From Psammoneis japonica (Eukaryota), in the NCBI GenBank assembly GCA_008632985.1, contig QPGO01000070.1:1-64000 (forward strand): a DNA stretch of 64,000 nucleotides, read 5' to 3'. Position numbers and translations under genes: made by a program. Below the pieces are notes generated by a model. It searched no databases. It saw nothing but the letters and a program-made list of their open reading frames with translations, and was not told the origin of the DNA. This document shows positions 12,435 through 24,240 of this stretch, piece by piece; within the stretch, counting starts at the first letter, position 1, and each line of letters begins with the position of its first letter.

Positions 12435-13880
12435 TGTGTCAACCAAGCACACACAGTGATGCACACAGCAGACATGGAATTGCAGTCAACATGGGCTGCA
12501 TGGACAGCCCACTTGAGGCCATGCCTGCATGTTTCACAGAAATGGAGGCCACCTTCAATGCAGCATCACTGCAGGGGCACATGGCAGAGGTTGAGTGCTG
12601 TGTTCAGACCAATGATGACAGCATGTTTCAAACTGGAGAGATTGCAGCGTGCTTCCATTCCAGTGCTTCCCACACCACCTTGTGATTGAAGTGGCAGTGT
12701 GTTGGGTGACATTTTGGTGGAGCTGTTTTGTGGCCAAGGATGGAATTTCTGACAAGCACAGCCTGCAAGCCATCATTTTGTCGGCCTTTAGATTGACCAC
12801 AACAGCCATTGTCTGCTGTTGGAGTTTGGGCAGCCCTGCATGCAAAAAATGACGGACATGACAACAGCATGGTGGGCTGCACTGCTGGAGTTCTTGTGCT
12901 GTGCAGCCATTGGGAAACACCCAGCCAGGAGGGTGGCCATTTCTTCATGAGCCTGTCCATGAAACACTGGACCAGCAGCTGAAAGTCTGTGAAGCCCAGA
13001 CAACATTGCCAGTGCCTGGTGCTGTTCTTGACCAAGTGCATTGGCACATGGCCAGGTGCAACAAGGCAAGGAAGGGGATTGTTTTCCATGGTCAGTCTGG
13101 CAACCTCATCAAGAAAAAAAATTCAGAAAAAAATGGTGGGAGGCAGACTCAAGCTTGGAGGCTTCAACACTGTCCCTGGCTGGGTGCAGCAGCAGCAGAT
13201 CACAGCCACCCAGGCTTCTCTGTGCAAGCTGGCCGACAAAAAGATGTGCACCTGCAGCTTCTGAGGGCACAATGGTCAAAGGCCCACTCTGGCTCAGCTG
13301 GGACAAATGTGCCAAGTGCGCGTGACACTTGCTGAGATCAGCCATGCTCTGAGGGGTGGTCTGACAGTCAAGTGCAGCAGGGGTTGCTTTTCATCAAGTT
13401 TCAGAACCAGATCATGAGCATGGAAGGTTGTTTTCCAGCAGAGGGCCTGGGCTGTCACAGGAGGAGTGTGCTGGAGCACAAAGAGCACGTGCACCCCTGG
13501 ACAGCTGATGCTGCACAAAGCCGCAACAGCCGTGAGGAAGCAGGTGTGGCGGATCATCCAGTCAGGAATCTGCAACCAAGGAACTTGATGAGGCAGATTC
13601 AGGAGGGGAGATGGTGCTGAAAATGATGCAACCAGTGGAGCTGCAGCTGGGAACGAAAACAAAAGAGCAGCGAGAGCGAGATCGCTCTGGGCGAGCCAGG
13701 AGGAAGAGAGAAAGCCCACCAGATTCACAAGAAGGTGAAAGAGAGAGAGATGAATGGGGCCAGCTCATTCCAACACAATTGTCAACTCTAATGCCCATCA
13801 GACTGTGGGAGATCTGCGATTTTATAAATCCAGACCCAAAGCAAGGACAGACACGTTGTTTGGCAACACCGCAAAATGAT
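12435..13880. repeat. TpA/CpG-depleted relic DNA, unclassified
   Basis: Almost no TA and few CG. No recognisable protein. Confidence 0.5.
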
Positions 13881-14026
13881 GCATGCGTGGGAAGAAAGAA
13901 TCTTTTTCGAATCTTCGCGAATCTTTCACGCTGACGGACGACACTCGCGTTGAGTGCGCGAAATTTTGGCGGGCGGAGCATCTGCAGGTTCTCCTTTGTT
14001 TGCTGTCGTGTCCTCACATTCTCAGC

Positions 14027-14524
14027 ATGAAGTTGCTTACCACGACGTTGTTCGCTTTGCTGTTTGGTGTTTCCGTTGCCTTTACCACTACAAGCGGTAG
14101 CAAACCATTTATGTTTCGTCCCTTGGCTCAGCGTGTGCTAGTTCGTACCATGGCGACTAAACCCGGCGTTGCTACTGTGGAGGAATTGCAAGCCATGGCT
14201 CAAAACAAGAATTTGGTTGTGATTGACGTGCGCAATCCCGATGCTTCCGTCGAGCCTGGGGACCAAAAGAGTTTGGCAGTGGCGCCCTTGCCGTCATCTA
14301 ACGTGAGACCAAACGCGCTTCACTTGATTTGGGACCGCAATCAAGACAAAATGCCTTTGCCTCCAGCGGAGGTCGCCAAGGATACACCCATCATTACACA
14401 CTGTGGTGGAGGAGGACGAGGACAAAAGGCAAAGGAATTCTTGCAAGAAAATGGATACACAAATGTATTGAATGGAGGTGGACCGAAATTGACCGAGCAC
14501 TGGGCTGAATATGGAGACAAGTAA
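14027..14524 (+). CDS. Single-domain rhodanese (sulfurtransferase-like) with bipartite plastid-type presequence
   Basis: Signal peptide MKLLTTTLFALLFGVSVA-F. Motifs VVIDVR, IITHCGGGGRG and GYTNVLNGGG. Confidence 0.85.
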   Translation: MKLLTTTLFALLFGVSVAFTTTSGSKPFMFRPLAQRVLVRTMATKPGVATVEELQAMAQNKNLVVIDVRNPDASVEPGDQKSLAVAPLPSSNVRPNALHLIWDRNQDKMPLPPAEVAKDTPIITHCGGGGRGQKAKEFLQENGYTNVLNGGGPKLTEHWAEYGDK

Positions 14525-14734
14525 ATACGTTTACCTTTGCGTCTATGCTTCGTATTATAATCGGGCGTTACTTCTTACCGATCCTTCGATCAAACCGAGA
14601 GTAAAGTTTGTCGCAAGATGTATTTAGGCTAGTGACGCGTGAAAAACCTTTATTCGCTAGATCCCACATCCGATGATAAAGTGTGACGACGTATCCTAAC
14701 TGTTTCTGAAGAGAGCGCTTCAGGTGATTCGGCT

Positions 14735-15412
14735 TCAAATATACTTGTAGGCTTCACGCTTGGCAACCGTGGACAAGTCCAGATCCCGGACAAAGTTGCG
14801 AACTGCATCTGGATCGGTGCGGGAGTAGTGCCTGAGGCTCCAACCAATCGCTTTCTGAATAAAGAATTCCTTGACTGGCAAGTATTGCAGGATGAGACCC
14901 TTCAACAATTCAAAATCTGTCTTGTCTTTGTATCGTAACTGAAACAAAAGGCAGCTTCGGTTGAGCCACATATTGTCGCTATGGCGCCACTTTGTTATGA
15001 CAGTATCAATCATTTCGGGACACTGCTGAAAATACCGGCCAGCAATGTTGCTTGCCAAAAGGTCCACCGTGTCCCACCAAGCTTTACTAGTTAGGAATCG
15101 TTCAATCTTTTCGTGATCTTTATTCTGGTAGTCACTTTTGGGTATCGTCTTTAGGTAGTCAATAGCGACGTATTGAAACTCGCGATGCTCCAATTCCCAA
15201 AGCAACCACGCCATTTCCCACGGTTCGACTTGTTTGTCCTTCTTGAGCTCCGCCAACCACTCTTTTTGAATCTTGACACGATCGGGTCGTTGTATGCCCA
15301 GACAAGGAAAGTGACCCTTGAGATATTTGGACATGCTGGCACCCTTGGTTTTGTTTTGAATCTGAAGCATGCGAGACTTCAACCTTGCAATGTGATGGGC
15401 AGAAAGCGGCAT
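14735..15412 (-). CDS. AlkD-family DNA alkylation repair glycosylase (HEAT-like), intronless
   Basis: Motifs LWELEHREFQY, WWDTVD, NMWLNR and EFFIQKAIGWSLRHY. Start codon uncertain (15412 chosen; the ORF is open to 15541). Confidence 0.85.
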   Translation of the reverse strand: MPLSAHHIARLKSRMLQIQNKTKGASMSKYLKGHFPCLGIQRPDRVKIQKEWLAELKKDKQVEPWEMAWLLWELEHREFQYVAIDYLKTIPKSDYQNKDHEKIERFLTSKAWWDTVDLLASNIAGRYFQQCPEMIDTVITKWRHSDNMWLNRSCLLFQLRYKDKTDFELLKGLILQYLPVKEFFIQKAIGWSLRHYSRTDPDAVRNFVRDLDLSTVAKREAYKYI

Positions 15413-15599
15413 TGTGATGCACAAACAATTGGCACGGGACGCGACGAGAAGAAAGCAAAGGAGCTGTTTGAGTGCGACTTTGGACGCCGTTGCCGTGGAG
15501 TGCTGTGCCTGCAAATAGAGTGCAGAAGCAGGGGCATTCATTGATCAACGCTCCTTCTGATCTGCATCGCCGCTGTGGCTTATTGTTTGTCAGTTGCGA

Positions 15600-17270
15600 G
15601 TTGCGGCATCTTGTGCTGTTTTGTGATCTGTCCGGAAGGTGGAAGCTCACATGACCAACACAGATCGACCATGGGGCCCGACCGCGCCACAAAAAGGCCC
15701 ACCAAAGACCAAACCTGTTCGTGATCAAATTCGGGGGACAACAGGAACTTACACAAGCCGCGAATCTAATGTCCCTGGAGGTCAAAGGTCTTTGGATTCT
15801 GGGGCCTGCACCTTGTCGGCAATGCCCGTCTGCCTTTGTTTCCCCCACCAGCTGAGTGGATGTGGCCATTGGGAGACATTGGGCACATGTCTCTGTCAAT
15901 CCTCACATGATGCTGCATGTGATGGTCTCTGAGTGACAAAAAAGGAAGGGTGCAGAGCCACCCCAGGCAGGCACAACAGCCAGTGGCACATGTGAGAAGT
16001 TTTTGTTGCAACTGAGATTTTGCCAGAGCTCTGCCAGCTGGCAGCCAGGGTGTGTGTGCACTTTGTTTTTGGGTGAAAGCACTGCACCAGCATGACTGTC
16101 TTTTCAGAGGAAGTTTGTGAGCACAGAAGCACAGCAAGCCAAACCAAAAGCCAACACTCTTGGAGTGCTGGGGAGGACGAGCATGGTGCAAGCAGCCACG
16201 GGGCACACAGCCATGGGGTGATGAGCTTCTCTCTTTTGTGAAAGAGAGCTCTGAAAAAGAGACCATCTTTGCATTTGCTGTTGAGAATAAAATGAAGACA
16301 ACTTTTGCAAGCAATGTGGGAAAAGATTCTAAAAAATCTGTCCAGCCTGCCACTTTGGTGCACACATGGCTGGAAAGCTGCAGTGTTTTGGAGGGGAGCA
16401 GACATTGTTTGCTGTCAAAAACAAAAAGAAGCAGAAACGGAGCCAGTTTGCTGCTTGGGTGCCCCCACAAGGAGACGAGAGCACATCTGGCCTGAAAGCT
16501 GCAGAGCATTTCTGTAAGAGCAGCAGTCCCAAGGCCCCAAATGATGACCTGCTGTTTGAGCAAGAACAATGTCATTGGATCAGAGAGTCTCATTTTGCAG
16601 CAAGCCACAGCAAAAGAGTTTGGGAGCTCTGAGCTTTTCATGATGAAGAGTTGCTTTGTTGTGCAAGCAAGTGAACAGGGCAAGCAAGCACCAGCAGAGA
16701 AAGAAGAGCAAGAAGGAGCTCATTTTCAAAGCACAAGTTTCTGCAGCACAGACGGGAGGAATGCTCTCCAGCTCTGTGTGAAAAAGTGCATGTTGCTCTG
16801 CTGGCTGGCATGCTGGAAACCAAGGAAGAGTGCAACCAGGTGACTGGGCGAGGCACCAATGGAGAAGAGTGGCCAAGCTGGTGCCAAGAAAAAACGTTTG
16901 TTGTGCAGAGAGTTTCAAGCAAAGGACAGCACTGAAGAAGCAGTGGACCTGCAGAATTTGCCACAGACCAGAGTTTTCTCTTGGCTCTTTTGTGAACAAT
17001 TTTTCACAGGATTTGCAGCTGCTTTTTGCAGAGAATGTCCCAAGTTTCCCCAGCGCAGGCTTTTCCAACAGAGTTTGGCTGGCACCAATGCCATGATTGC
17101 AATTTTCTTGTGACACACAAAAGCTGCAAATTGGTTGTCACAGGCGACAGACTCAAAATCACTTTGCTTTGTTGTGCAGGTGCTGCGCCACAACTCTGCC
17201 TTGAACAACAAGTGCTCTCGTCCTGTCACTCCCCCCTGCAACGTGGGAGTGTGTTCCTGTCTCACCCCCA
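15600..17270. repeat. TpA/CpG-depleted relic DNA, unclassified
   Basis: Very few TA. Dense spurious ORFs on all frames. Confidence 0.5.
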
Positions 17271-17547
17271 CCCTCTACAACACTCGCATGTAGCCCCTTC
17301 ATGACCCACCACACCATCCACAGGGCCGGGCCCAGAGGGCCCTCTCTACTAGAGCTAGAGTAGATCCGTCCACATGCGGGACAGATGTCCGTCCGTCCAC
17401 TGTGCGGCCACAGGGTCTGTGCGTCGCCCCATCATGTCTGTCCTTCACCCTGACCCCAACCTAACAGCCTGCGATCTTGCGATCTTATCCATCTCTTTAT
17501 GGGTCTCGATCAAGGAAAATCACAGAACACCGCAAGGCCTAAGGACG

Positions 17548-18255
17548 ATGCGGATTGTTCCTTCTTCTTGTCTCGCTTCACTGCTTGTTGCGGTAGTGGA
17601 TGCCAGCAACAAGGCACCTTTTGAGCTTCCTCCACTTCCATACGCGTATCATGCACTCGAGCCGGTGATTGGCAAACAAACACTCGAGATTCATCACGAC
17701 AAACATCATGCGAAGTACGTCAACACGATGAATACCATGATTGCTGGCAATGCTGACTTGGAGAACCAATCACTCGAGTCCATCATCCAATCGTCATACG
17801 GAACCAATCAGGGACTTTTCAACAACGCCGCTCAGAGTTGGAATCATGCCTTTTATTGGAATTGCATGACTGCCGGTGGCGGTGGCGAACCTGCTTCTGG
17901 TACGAAACTCAAGGACATGATGGAGTCATCCTTTGGATCCTATGACGAATTCAAAACCCAGTTTGAGGCAGCTGGAAATACTGCCTTTGGTTCCGGATGG
18001 GCTTGGCTTGTCTATGACGGCAAAGAAAGTCGTTTGTTTGTGACAAAAACTATTGGGGCCGACAATCCCATGACGACTCCCAATCATGTTCCCATTTTAA
18101 CCATGGATGTTTGGGAGCATGCCTATTATCTTGACTACCAAAACATGCGAGCCACCTATGTCGACGCATTTTTAGACAAACTCGTCAATTGGAAATTTGT
18201 AGAAGAAAATCTCAAGCAAGCCGTGGCGTCAACCAGTAACACGGACGAACTATGA
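17548..18255 (+). CDS. Fe/Mn superoxide dismutase (Fe-type signature) with signal peptide and C-terminal TDEL
   Basis: Motifs LPPLPY, HHDKHH, FNNAAQSWNH, FGSGWAWL and DVWEHAYY. Hydrophobic N-terminus; ends NTDEL. Confidence 0.92.
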   Translation: MRIVPSSCLASLLVAVVDASNKAPFELPPLPYAYHALEPVIGKQTLEIHHDKHHAKYVNTMNTMIAGNADLENQSLESIIQSSYGTNQGLFNNAAQSWNHAFYWNCMTAGGGGEPASGTKLKDMMESSFGSYDEFKTQFEAAGNTAFGSGWAWLVYDGKESRLFVTKTIGADNPMTTPNHVPILTMDVWEHAYYLDYQNMRATYVDAFLDKLVNWKFVEENLKQAVASTSNTDEL

Positions 18256-18836
18256 AAAAAGATTGGAGATAAACGAATCTATCTGAGTGCAAGAGATCTT
18301 CCAAGGAACCAACATTTGAAACGTTAGGACGGATAACGATAGATTTTGTACAACTTATTCTAGCTAGTTGTCTCCCCTTGCCCACCAACGGGAGCGTTCG
18401 GCGAGAACAACAACAGCTAGCTACAGTATCATGGGCCAACCAACCAAGGTCAGACGGAACATCTCGCGCGCGAGCGCGGGTTGTGTAGTGATTGAGTCGT
18501 GCGAAGAGTCGTGACAACTGACAACTGACAACATTCTCTCAATTTGGAAATTCCAACATTGAGACATGACACGTTTCTGATTGTTGTCTCGAAGAATAAT
18601 GGCGAATGAAACCCATTACACACCAATGCAAATCAGTCGAACCGAACAAGAATAAGAAAGAAGAAGAACCAAGGCTTAGTTGCGTCAAGGCTGTCGTCAG
18701 GCTTATTGATCGGAAGCCCACGCTTGCCCCTACGACTACTAGAGAAAGTGCAGGACCAACAGCCGGAAGCGGAAGCCGCGACACGCAACAAATACCAGAC
18801 GCTACCGATACCATCGTCGTTTGATTCCGCGACAGG

Positions 18837-19681
18837 ATGTTGCCAGCTGCCTTTTCCGTCGCTCACCATAGTGCCCGCATTGTTGCTCCAGCCGCTAGAG
18901 CAGTGGTCGGTGGAATTGTGGTGCAATCGGTTGTGAACAAGTTCGTTGCGCAATCAGTCAGACGCAGATTGGATGCTAAGATTGCCTCCAATGACATTGC
19001 CGCTATTCAAAAGACAAGAAGCTTCTTAAAGACCGAGCTCCAACGCAAGCAATGCTCCTTTCGCCAATGTGTTCCCTTACTCATTCTCACTTTGGCGGTT
19101 GGAGAAGTAGCCGTGAGGAATGATCCACTTACTCGGAGCTGGAACTTATACTCTCCCAGTTACGCTGTGATGGGGGTTGAGTTTTCTTTTTTAGCCTTTT
19201 TCAATGCTTTAGATAACATCCAAGATGAGGTTGCCCCTCTGGGGCCAGCCCCGATTCGAGAACTTGTAGTGCTATCCATGGGATGCATAGCAACAATGTT
19301 GTTTCTCGTACGGAGCAACAAAGCATACCATGTGAAAGCGGTTTCCATATTGTTGGGAACTTACCTGGGAAAAACACAAGACACTCCCTTGTGGAAACTC
19401 TTTGCGCCCTTTTGCATCATATTATTAGCATCAAGCATTTTGTTGGGACAAATGGGCAGCAAGGGGCGGTGGGTCCCGAATTCCCCGTTGTCGGTGCGAT
19501 CACGGCTGTCCTTAGCTTGACCAATTTGCTGTACGAAAATCTTACCGCTGCTGGGAATCCATGGCGCTCACCTCGGTGGTTGGTGAAGGCTGCTGAATCG
19601 AGCATTCTTCACTGTGCTGCCTTGTGGTCCATCACATTGACTGGACTCTACCCGTTGGCTGGATACCCAGAGAGGTTTTGA
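18837..19681 (+). CDS. Hypothetical multi-pass membrane protein (apparent 1-nt frameshift near 19480)
   Basis: 227-aa hydrophobic ORF whose plausible C-terminus continues in another frame to 19681. Normal TA content. Confidence 0.5.
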
Positions 19682-20148
19682 ACTATCTGTTTTACTACGT
19701 ACTGAAGATCCATCAGCACGCGACGAACCTCCACTTAGTGATGTCTGCAGGGAACGGGCCACTCGTTGAATCAACACCTAAACTGCGAAAGACACCAAAC
19801 AAAAAGTGACAACACCTTAAACATGTGTTTGCAATTTGGCCGATGGCTATAGGCAATTTCCGATTCTGTGACCTACAACGGTGTGTTCTTCATCCATCTC
19901 ATATTCCTAACATTTCTTGAATGGTTGATTCCAGATAAGTTCACAGGGAAAAGGGACAATACCCAGACGACGAGATGAGCAACTGTAAAGAGCCAGCGAT
20001 GAATGTACACCATTGAGTTAACTTTTGGATCACCCCACTCTATCATTCTGCTCAAAGTCGTAAGCCATTCACTTTTGTGTGGTAGCATAACGTTCTTCAC
20101 GCGAAAATAACTGTGAATGAGTAATAATTATAGCTGCTAGAGTAGTCT

Positions 20149-21565
20149 CTAACCCAAAACCTTCTTGAGACGGTCGCATGCTTCAATGACGGACTCACGG
20201 GAGCAAATGCACTGAGTCGAATGTAGCCTTCTCCTCCTGGTCCAAAGCCGGCTCCAGGAATAGTGACAACCTGAGCCTTTTCCAAAATGGTAGAAAAGGC
20301 ATCCCACGATCCACCGAGAGATTCCGGAAGCGCCACAAACACATAGGGAGCATCAGTGCCACCGTACACATCATAACCAATGCTCTCAAAGGTTTCTCTA
20401 AGAATCTTGGCGTTTTCCAAATAATATTCAATCAAGGTATTAATCTCAGCCAACCCATTTTCGTCCAAACACGCCATACCTCCGTTTTGAACAATATTAC
20501 TAGCTCCGTTAAAGGCGGTCGTCATGACACGGTTAAAGTCATTGCGCACGGGAGTGCCGTCCTTGAATTTCAAGTTGGATGGCACAACGGTCCATCCTAA
20601 ACGGACACCCGTGAATCCGGCATATTTGGAAAAGGAGTTGACCTCAATGGCAACGTCCTTGGCTCCCTCCACCTCAAAGATCGACTTGGGGACGCCAGGA
20701 GAACGAATAAAAGGAGCGTAGGCAGCGTCAAAGACGAGAATGGAACCACGTTCTTTGCAGAGCTTGACCAAGCCTTCAAGCTGTTCCTTGGTAGCGGCAG
20801 CACCGGTGGGATTGCTAAATGTGCAAGTATAAGAGACACAGTGTGAGCATGAGACCGTAACAACGCATAAAATGATTGCGTCGCTTGAACTTACTTTGGA
20901 CTGCACAAGTACACGACATCGGCGCGGGGAAGGCTTTCGTAGTCGGGGAAGAAATCGTTCTCGGCAGTGCATGGCATGTAGACAATGTTGTCGTACTGCA
21001 TGGTTTTCTCGTCCTGTTCGCCGGTCTGACCCATCATGACACTAGTGTCGACATAGACGGGGTAGCTAGGATCCTGAACAGCAGACGTAACTCCGGGACC
21101 AAACATTTGTTGCAGACGCATAATATCACACTTGGCACCATCCGACACAAAGACTTCGTCGGGCTCGATCAGACCATTGTACAAGACTTCGGCAATCTTT
21201 TCTCTCAGATCACCCTTGCCCTGTTCAGCGCCGTATCCACTGTATCCTTCCTTGGTCCCGAGTTTGCTGGCTCCCTCTACCAATCCACTCAAAATGTGTT
21301 CAGGAATTGGTTGAGTTGTGTCACCGATACCCAAACTAATAATTTTGTCAGCCATGTCTGGATTCTCCTCGAGGTACGCTGTGCGACGACGTCCAATTTC
21401 AGGAAAAAGGTATCCGCCGGCAAGCTTGGCAAAGTTGGGGTTGCGATCGACACCAGACATGCCCAAGGCAGTGCTGGACGCACCACGGTTCGACGACGGG
21501 GCGATAAAAGCCGCCGCTGTCGAGGCAGTCACAGCCAAGTAGCATGCGGCAAGAGAGAACTTCAT
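20149..21565 (-). CDS. dapL: LL-diaminopimelate aminotransferase, plastid-targeted, 2 exons
   Basis: Presequence TAAA-FIAP. Motifs GYLFPEI, IISLGIGDTT, SDGAKCD, CSPNNPTG (across intron 20815-20894) and SFSKYAGFTGVRLGW. One missing C near 20200 restores the ending PRESVIEACDRLKKVLG*. Confidence 0.93.
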
Positions 21566-22119
21566 GGTGAAAGCAACAAAACAGAAAGAAAAAAGTGAAA
21601 GTACATCAACAATCAACACGACGGTGGTCATCTGTTGATGGCACCAGCCACAGAAGGCTTTCTCGATTGACGTCAGTGGCTGATTTTGAAAAAATGAGCG
21701 GTTCTCGAGCTGTCGTACCGGCCCGTAGGTTTCTACGTAGCGTCTGTTCTCGTGCGAAATCAAATTTTCAAATCCGCGCTTTCAACCGAACTTGCCAAAA
21801 TTGTGCTATGGTACCGGTAGGTAGGATCCCTGGCTCTAGAACAAGGTAATTTCTAAACCGCAAGCTATCTAAATGGAGCCGAAATTGAATGTGGTGCCTC
21901 TGTGACAGTGTTGTTCGTTGTGGATAGTCATTCTTACACGTTTTGCTTTCTACTAACTCCTACCGGCATCTCGTAATCCTGAACATCCGGCACGATCCTT
22001 TACACTCGCACCATCTATGCGTAATAGCTCTTCGTAGCGGTAACAGCAATGCGTCTTTCAATTGACGACGATAGAAACAACGTAAATAACTCGTATAAGC
22101 TTTTGTATTACTAAAATGT

Positions 22120-24240
22120 TTACATGAGAGTCTTGATAACCTCATCTTTGACCATTGCTGCGACTCGTTCGTTCGCGTAGAGGGTCTGTTCTTGGAGTTG
22201 CGAGTCAGACTTACTTGTTGTGCCAACCGTAGAGTGGTGAGCTCCAGCCTCGGGGTTGGCGTTCATGTCAAACTGCTTGAGTGCCTTGAGCATGCCTTTG
22301 ACGGCCTTGTCGTTTTTCTTGGGAAACACTCCTTTCAAAATCTTCGTCCATGTGTTGTCGAAACTCTTTGAGGATTCCATAATCTCCGACAAATTCACCG
22401 TAATGTGGTGTTCGGGGTCCAACTTGGCGAGTGTGTGAGCAACAATCATTTGCTTCACAATCTCAATGCTCACCAAGTTCACTTCTAATTCGATGCCCTC
22501 CGTGACAGGAAGCTTTTCAACAGCTTCCTTGATTGTAAGGCCCTTGCAAGAAATGCTCTTGCAGTATTCGCTCTTAAACTTGGAATGATCTTCCACCTTT
22601 TCGTGCATCCATCCTTCCTTGCCCAACTTGGTGTATCTGTAGGAACTCAACATAATGTCGACGGGGTTCCTCACGAAATGGATAACCTTGTAGTTCTTTC
22701 CGCATGTAGCATCGCGAATTTGCTTGAGCCATGTGCCCTCCTGCGACGCAAAGCATGACTCGAGCCTTCCCGTGCCGGGTGTTTCGGGCCAACTCTCCCA
22801 CCATTCACCAACACATTTTGACCACAAGTCGCCAATCATCCACTGAGGCCAATGAATGTACGATCGGATTTCGGGCCTGGAGACTGTTCCAGGGCAAGTC
22901 ATGGCTGAGCCATCACCCATTTTGGTAAGGTTGCTCTCGTCGTTGTTACCTTCTGAGAACTTGACAATGCCCTTGGACTCCAGAAGCTTACCAACGTGCC
23001 TTGATAGAGCGGTACCAGTCTTGTGGTGAGTAGCGAAAAAAATCGTTGCCGGTGGGCCCTTTGGCGCTGGTCCCAGGTCTGGCTTTACTGGTGTTGGTTG
23101 AGCCTTCATACCAATCGCCGCTGCAGCTGCTGCGGCCGCTGCTGCAGCGGCTTCAGCCTGAGGATCTTGCTTGGGCGAAGGTAATTCCTGGACATGTGCA
23201 TCATATCGACGAGGTGGTCCTCCACAACCTTCCAATTTCTCGCTCTCTTCCTTCTTGACGAGCCAGAATGGCCCAAGGAAGCGAATCTTGGTGTTGATTT
23301 CCTCGGTGAATACGTCCAACAAGGCTCCATCGACGGTGTCGAGGCGATAGTTGTTACCTCCAATCCAGCCGCCGACCTGGACCTTGTCAAGCCACTGGCA
23401 AAGACGCTCCTTGGCTGCGGCTTGCTCCTTTGGCATGTCTGTGTAAACGTAAAAGAGACTATTGTCTTCATAAAGAGATAGCATATCCTTTGGTATCTCA
23501 GGGCCGTGAGAAACGCGGTTGAGACGAGGAAGCACACCTGCATCATACATATGACCGATAAAACCATCAAACGCAGTTTTGTAACGCTTTCCAAAGTTCC
23601 ACTGGTCCTCCTTAAGCTTTTTTCGCTTGTCCTTTACCGGGTCTTGGATGATACCAACGTCCATTTTCACGTCATATGCCTTTCTCTTCACCATCCACTG
23701 TAGTGCAAAGCAGGCGGAGCGACGGAGCGTTGATCCCATCTCCAAAATCGTTGCGCCCTCAGGTGCTTGGCTGAGAAGAAATTCGTACGCCTGATCTGAT
23801 CCAATCATGTCGGGATTGTAGTAAGCGCTGCCATAATCTTGACATCTTGGATGTGTGGGTGCCGACCTAGTCGATTCCGTTGACTCATATATAGTTGTGT
23901 CTGCAACAATTTTGGAAGACCAGTCATTTAGGGCTAACGCAGTAATTTGTGACCTAAGGCCTCGTCGAAGGGGGTTTGCGAAACCACCAACAGTTCTTCG
24001 GTAGGAAAGCAGCCTTCCCAATCTATTTCCAATCACCAGAACAACGTATAGACATGCTCCAATCCGGATCAAACGGCCGGTGCCCTCCGCAAGGCCGAAA
24101 AGGGCACCACTTCTTCGGATTTTCACCGTCGAGGAACGGTCCTTATCAGCTTTCGCTGCAGAATCATCATTCGCTCCAACTGGAGTTCTTTCTGGCGTGC
24201 TGCTTCTCGAAGGTGTTGATCGCTGTCTCATGGTGGACAT
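22120..24240 (-). CDS. Type II membrane protein with SAM-methyltransferase-like and sulfotransferase domains
   Basis: N-terminal TM helix. ILEMGS...RSA and KVQVGGWIGGNNY (methyltransferase-like), poly-Ala linker, then HHKTGT and RNPVDIMLSSY (PAPS-binding motifs). Confidence 0.7.
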   Translation of the reverse strand: MSTMRQRSTPSRSSTPERTPVGANDDSAAKADKDRSSTVKIRRSGALFGLAEGTGRLIRIGACLYVVLVIGNRLGRLLSYRRTVGGFANPLRRGLRSQITALALNDWSSKIVADTTIYESTESTRSAPTHPRCQDYGSAYYNPDMIGSDQAYEFLLSQAPEGATILEMGSTLRRSACFALQWMVKRKAYDVKMDVGIIQDPVKDKRKKLKEDQWNFGKRYKTAFDGFIGHMYDAGVLPRLNRVSHGPEIPKDMLSLYEDNSLFYVYTDMPKEQAAAKERLCQWLDKVQVGGWIGGNNYRLDTVDGALLDVFTEEINTKIRFLGPFWLVKKEESEKLEGCGGPPRRYDAHVQELPSPKQDPQAEAAAAAAAAAAAAIGMKAQPTPVKPDLGPAPKGPPATIFFATHHKTGTALSRHVGKLLESKGIVKFSEGNNDESNLTKMGDGSAMTCPGTVSRPEIRSYIHWPQWMIGDLWSKCVGEWWESWPETPGTGRLESCFASQEGTWLKQIRDATCGKNYKVIHFVRNPVDIMLSSYRYTKLGKEGWMHEKVEDHSKFKSEYCKSISCKGLTIKEAVEKLPVTEGIELEVNLVSIEIVKQMIVAHTLAKLDPEHHITVNLSEIMESSKSFDNTWTKILKGVFPKKNDKAVKGMLKALKQFDMNANPEAGAHHSTVGTTSKSDSQLQEQTLYANERVAAMVKDEVIKTLM

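Noticed and set aside
213..13728. Dozens of long overlapping ORFs in alternative and antisense frames across the TE blocks
   Set aside because: These are a by-product of TAA/TAG loss. Apart from the TE polyproteins they have no recognisable motifs.
13883..17547. Extended N-termini given by the ORF track for rhodanese (13883) and SOD (17374)
   Set aside because: The downstream ATGs (14027, 17548) begin clear signal peptides; the upstream extensions look non-coding.
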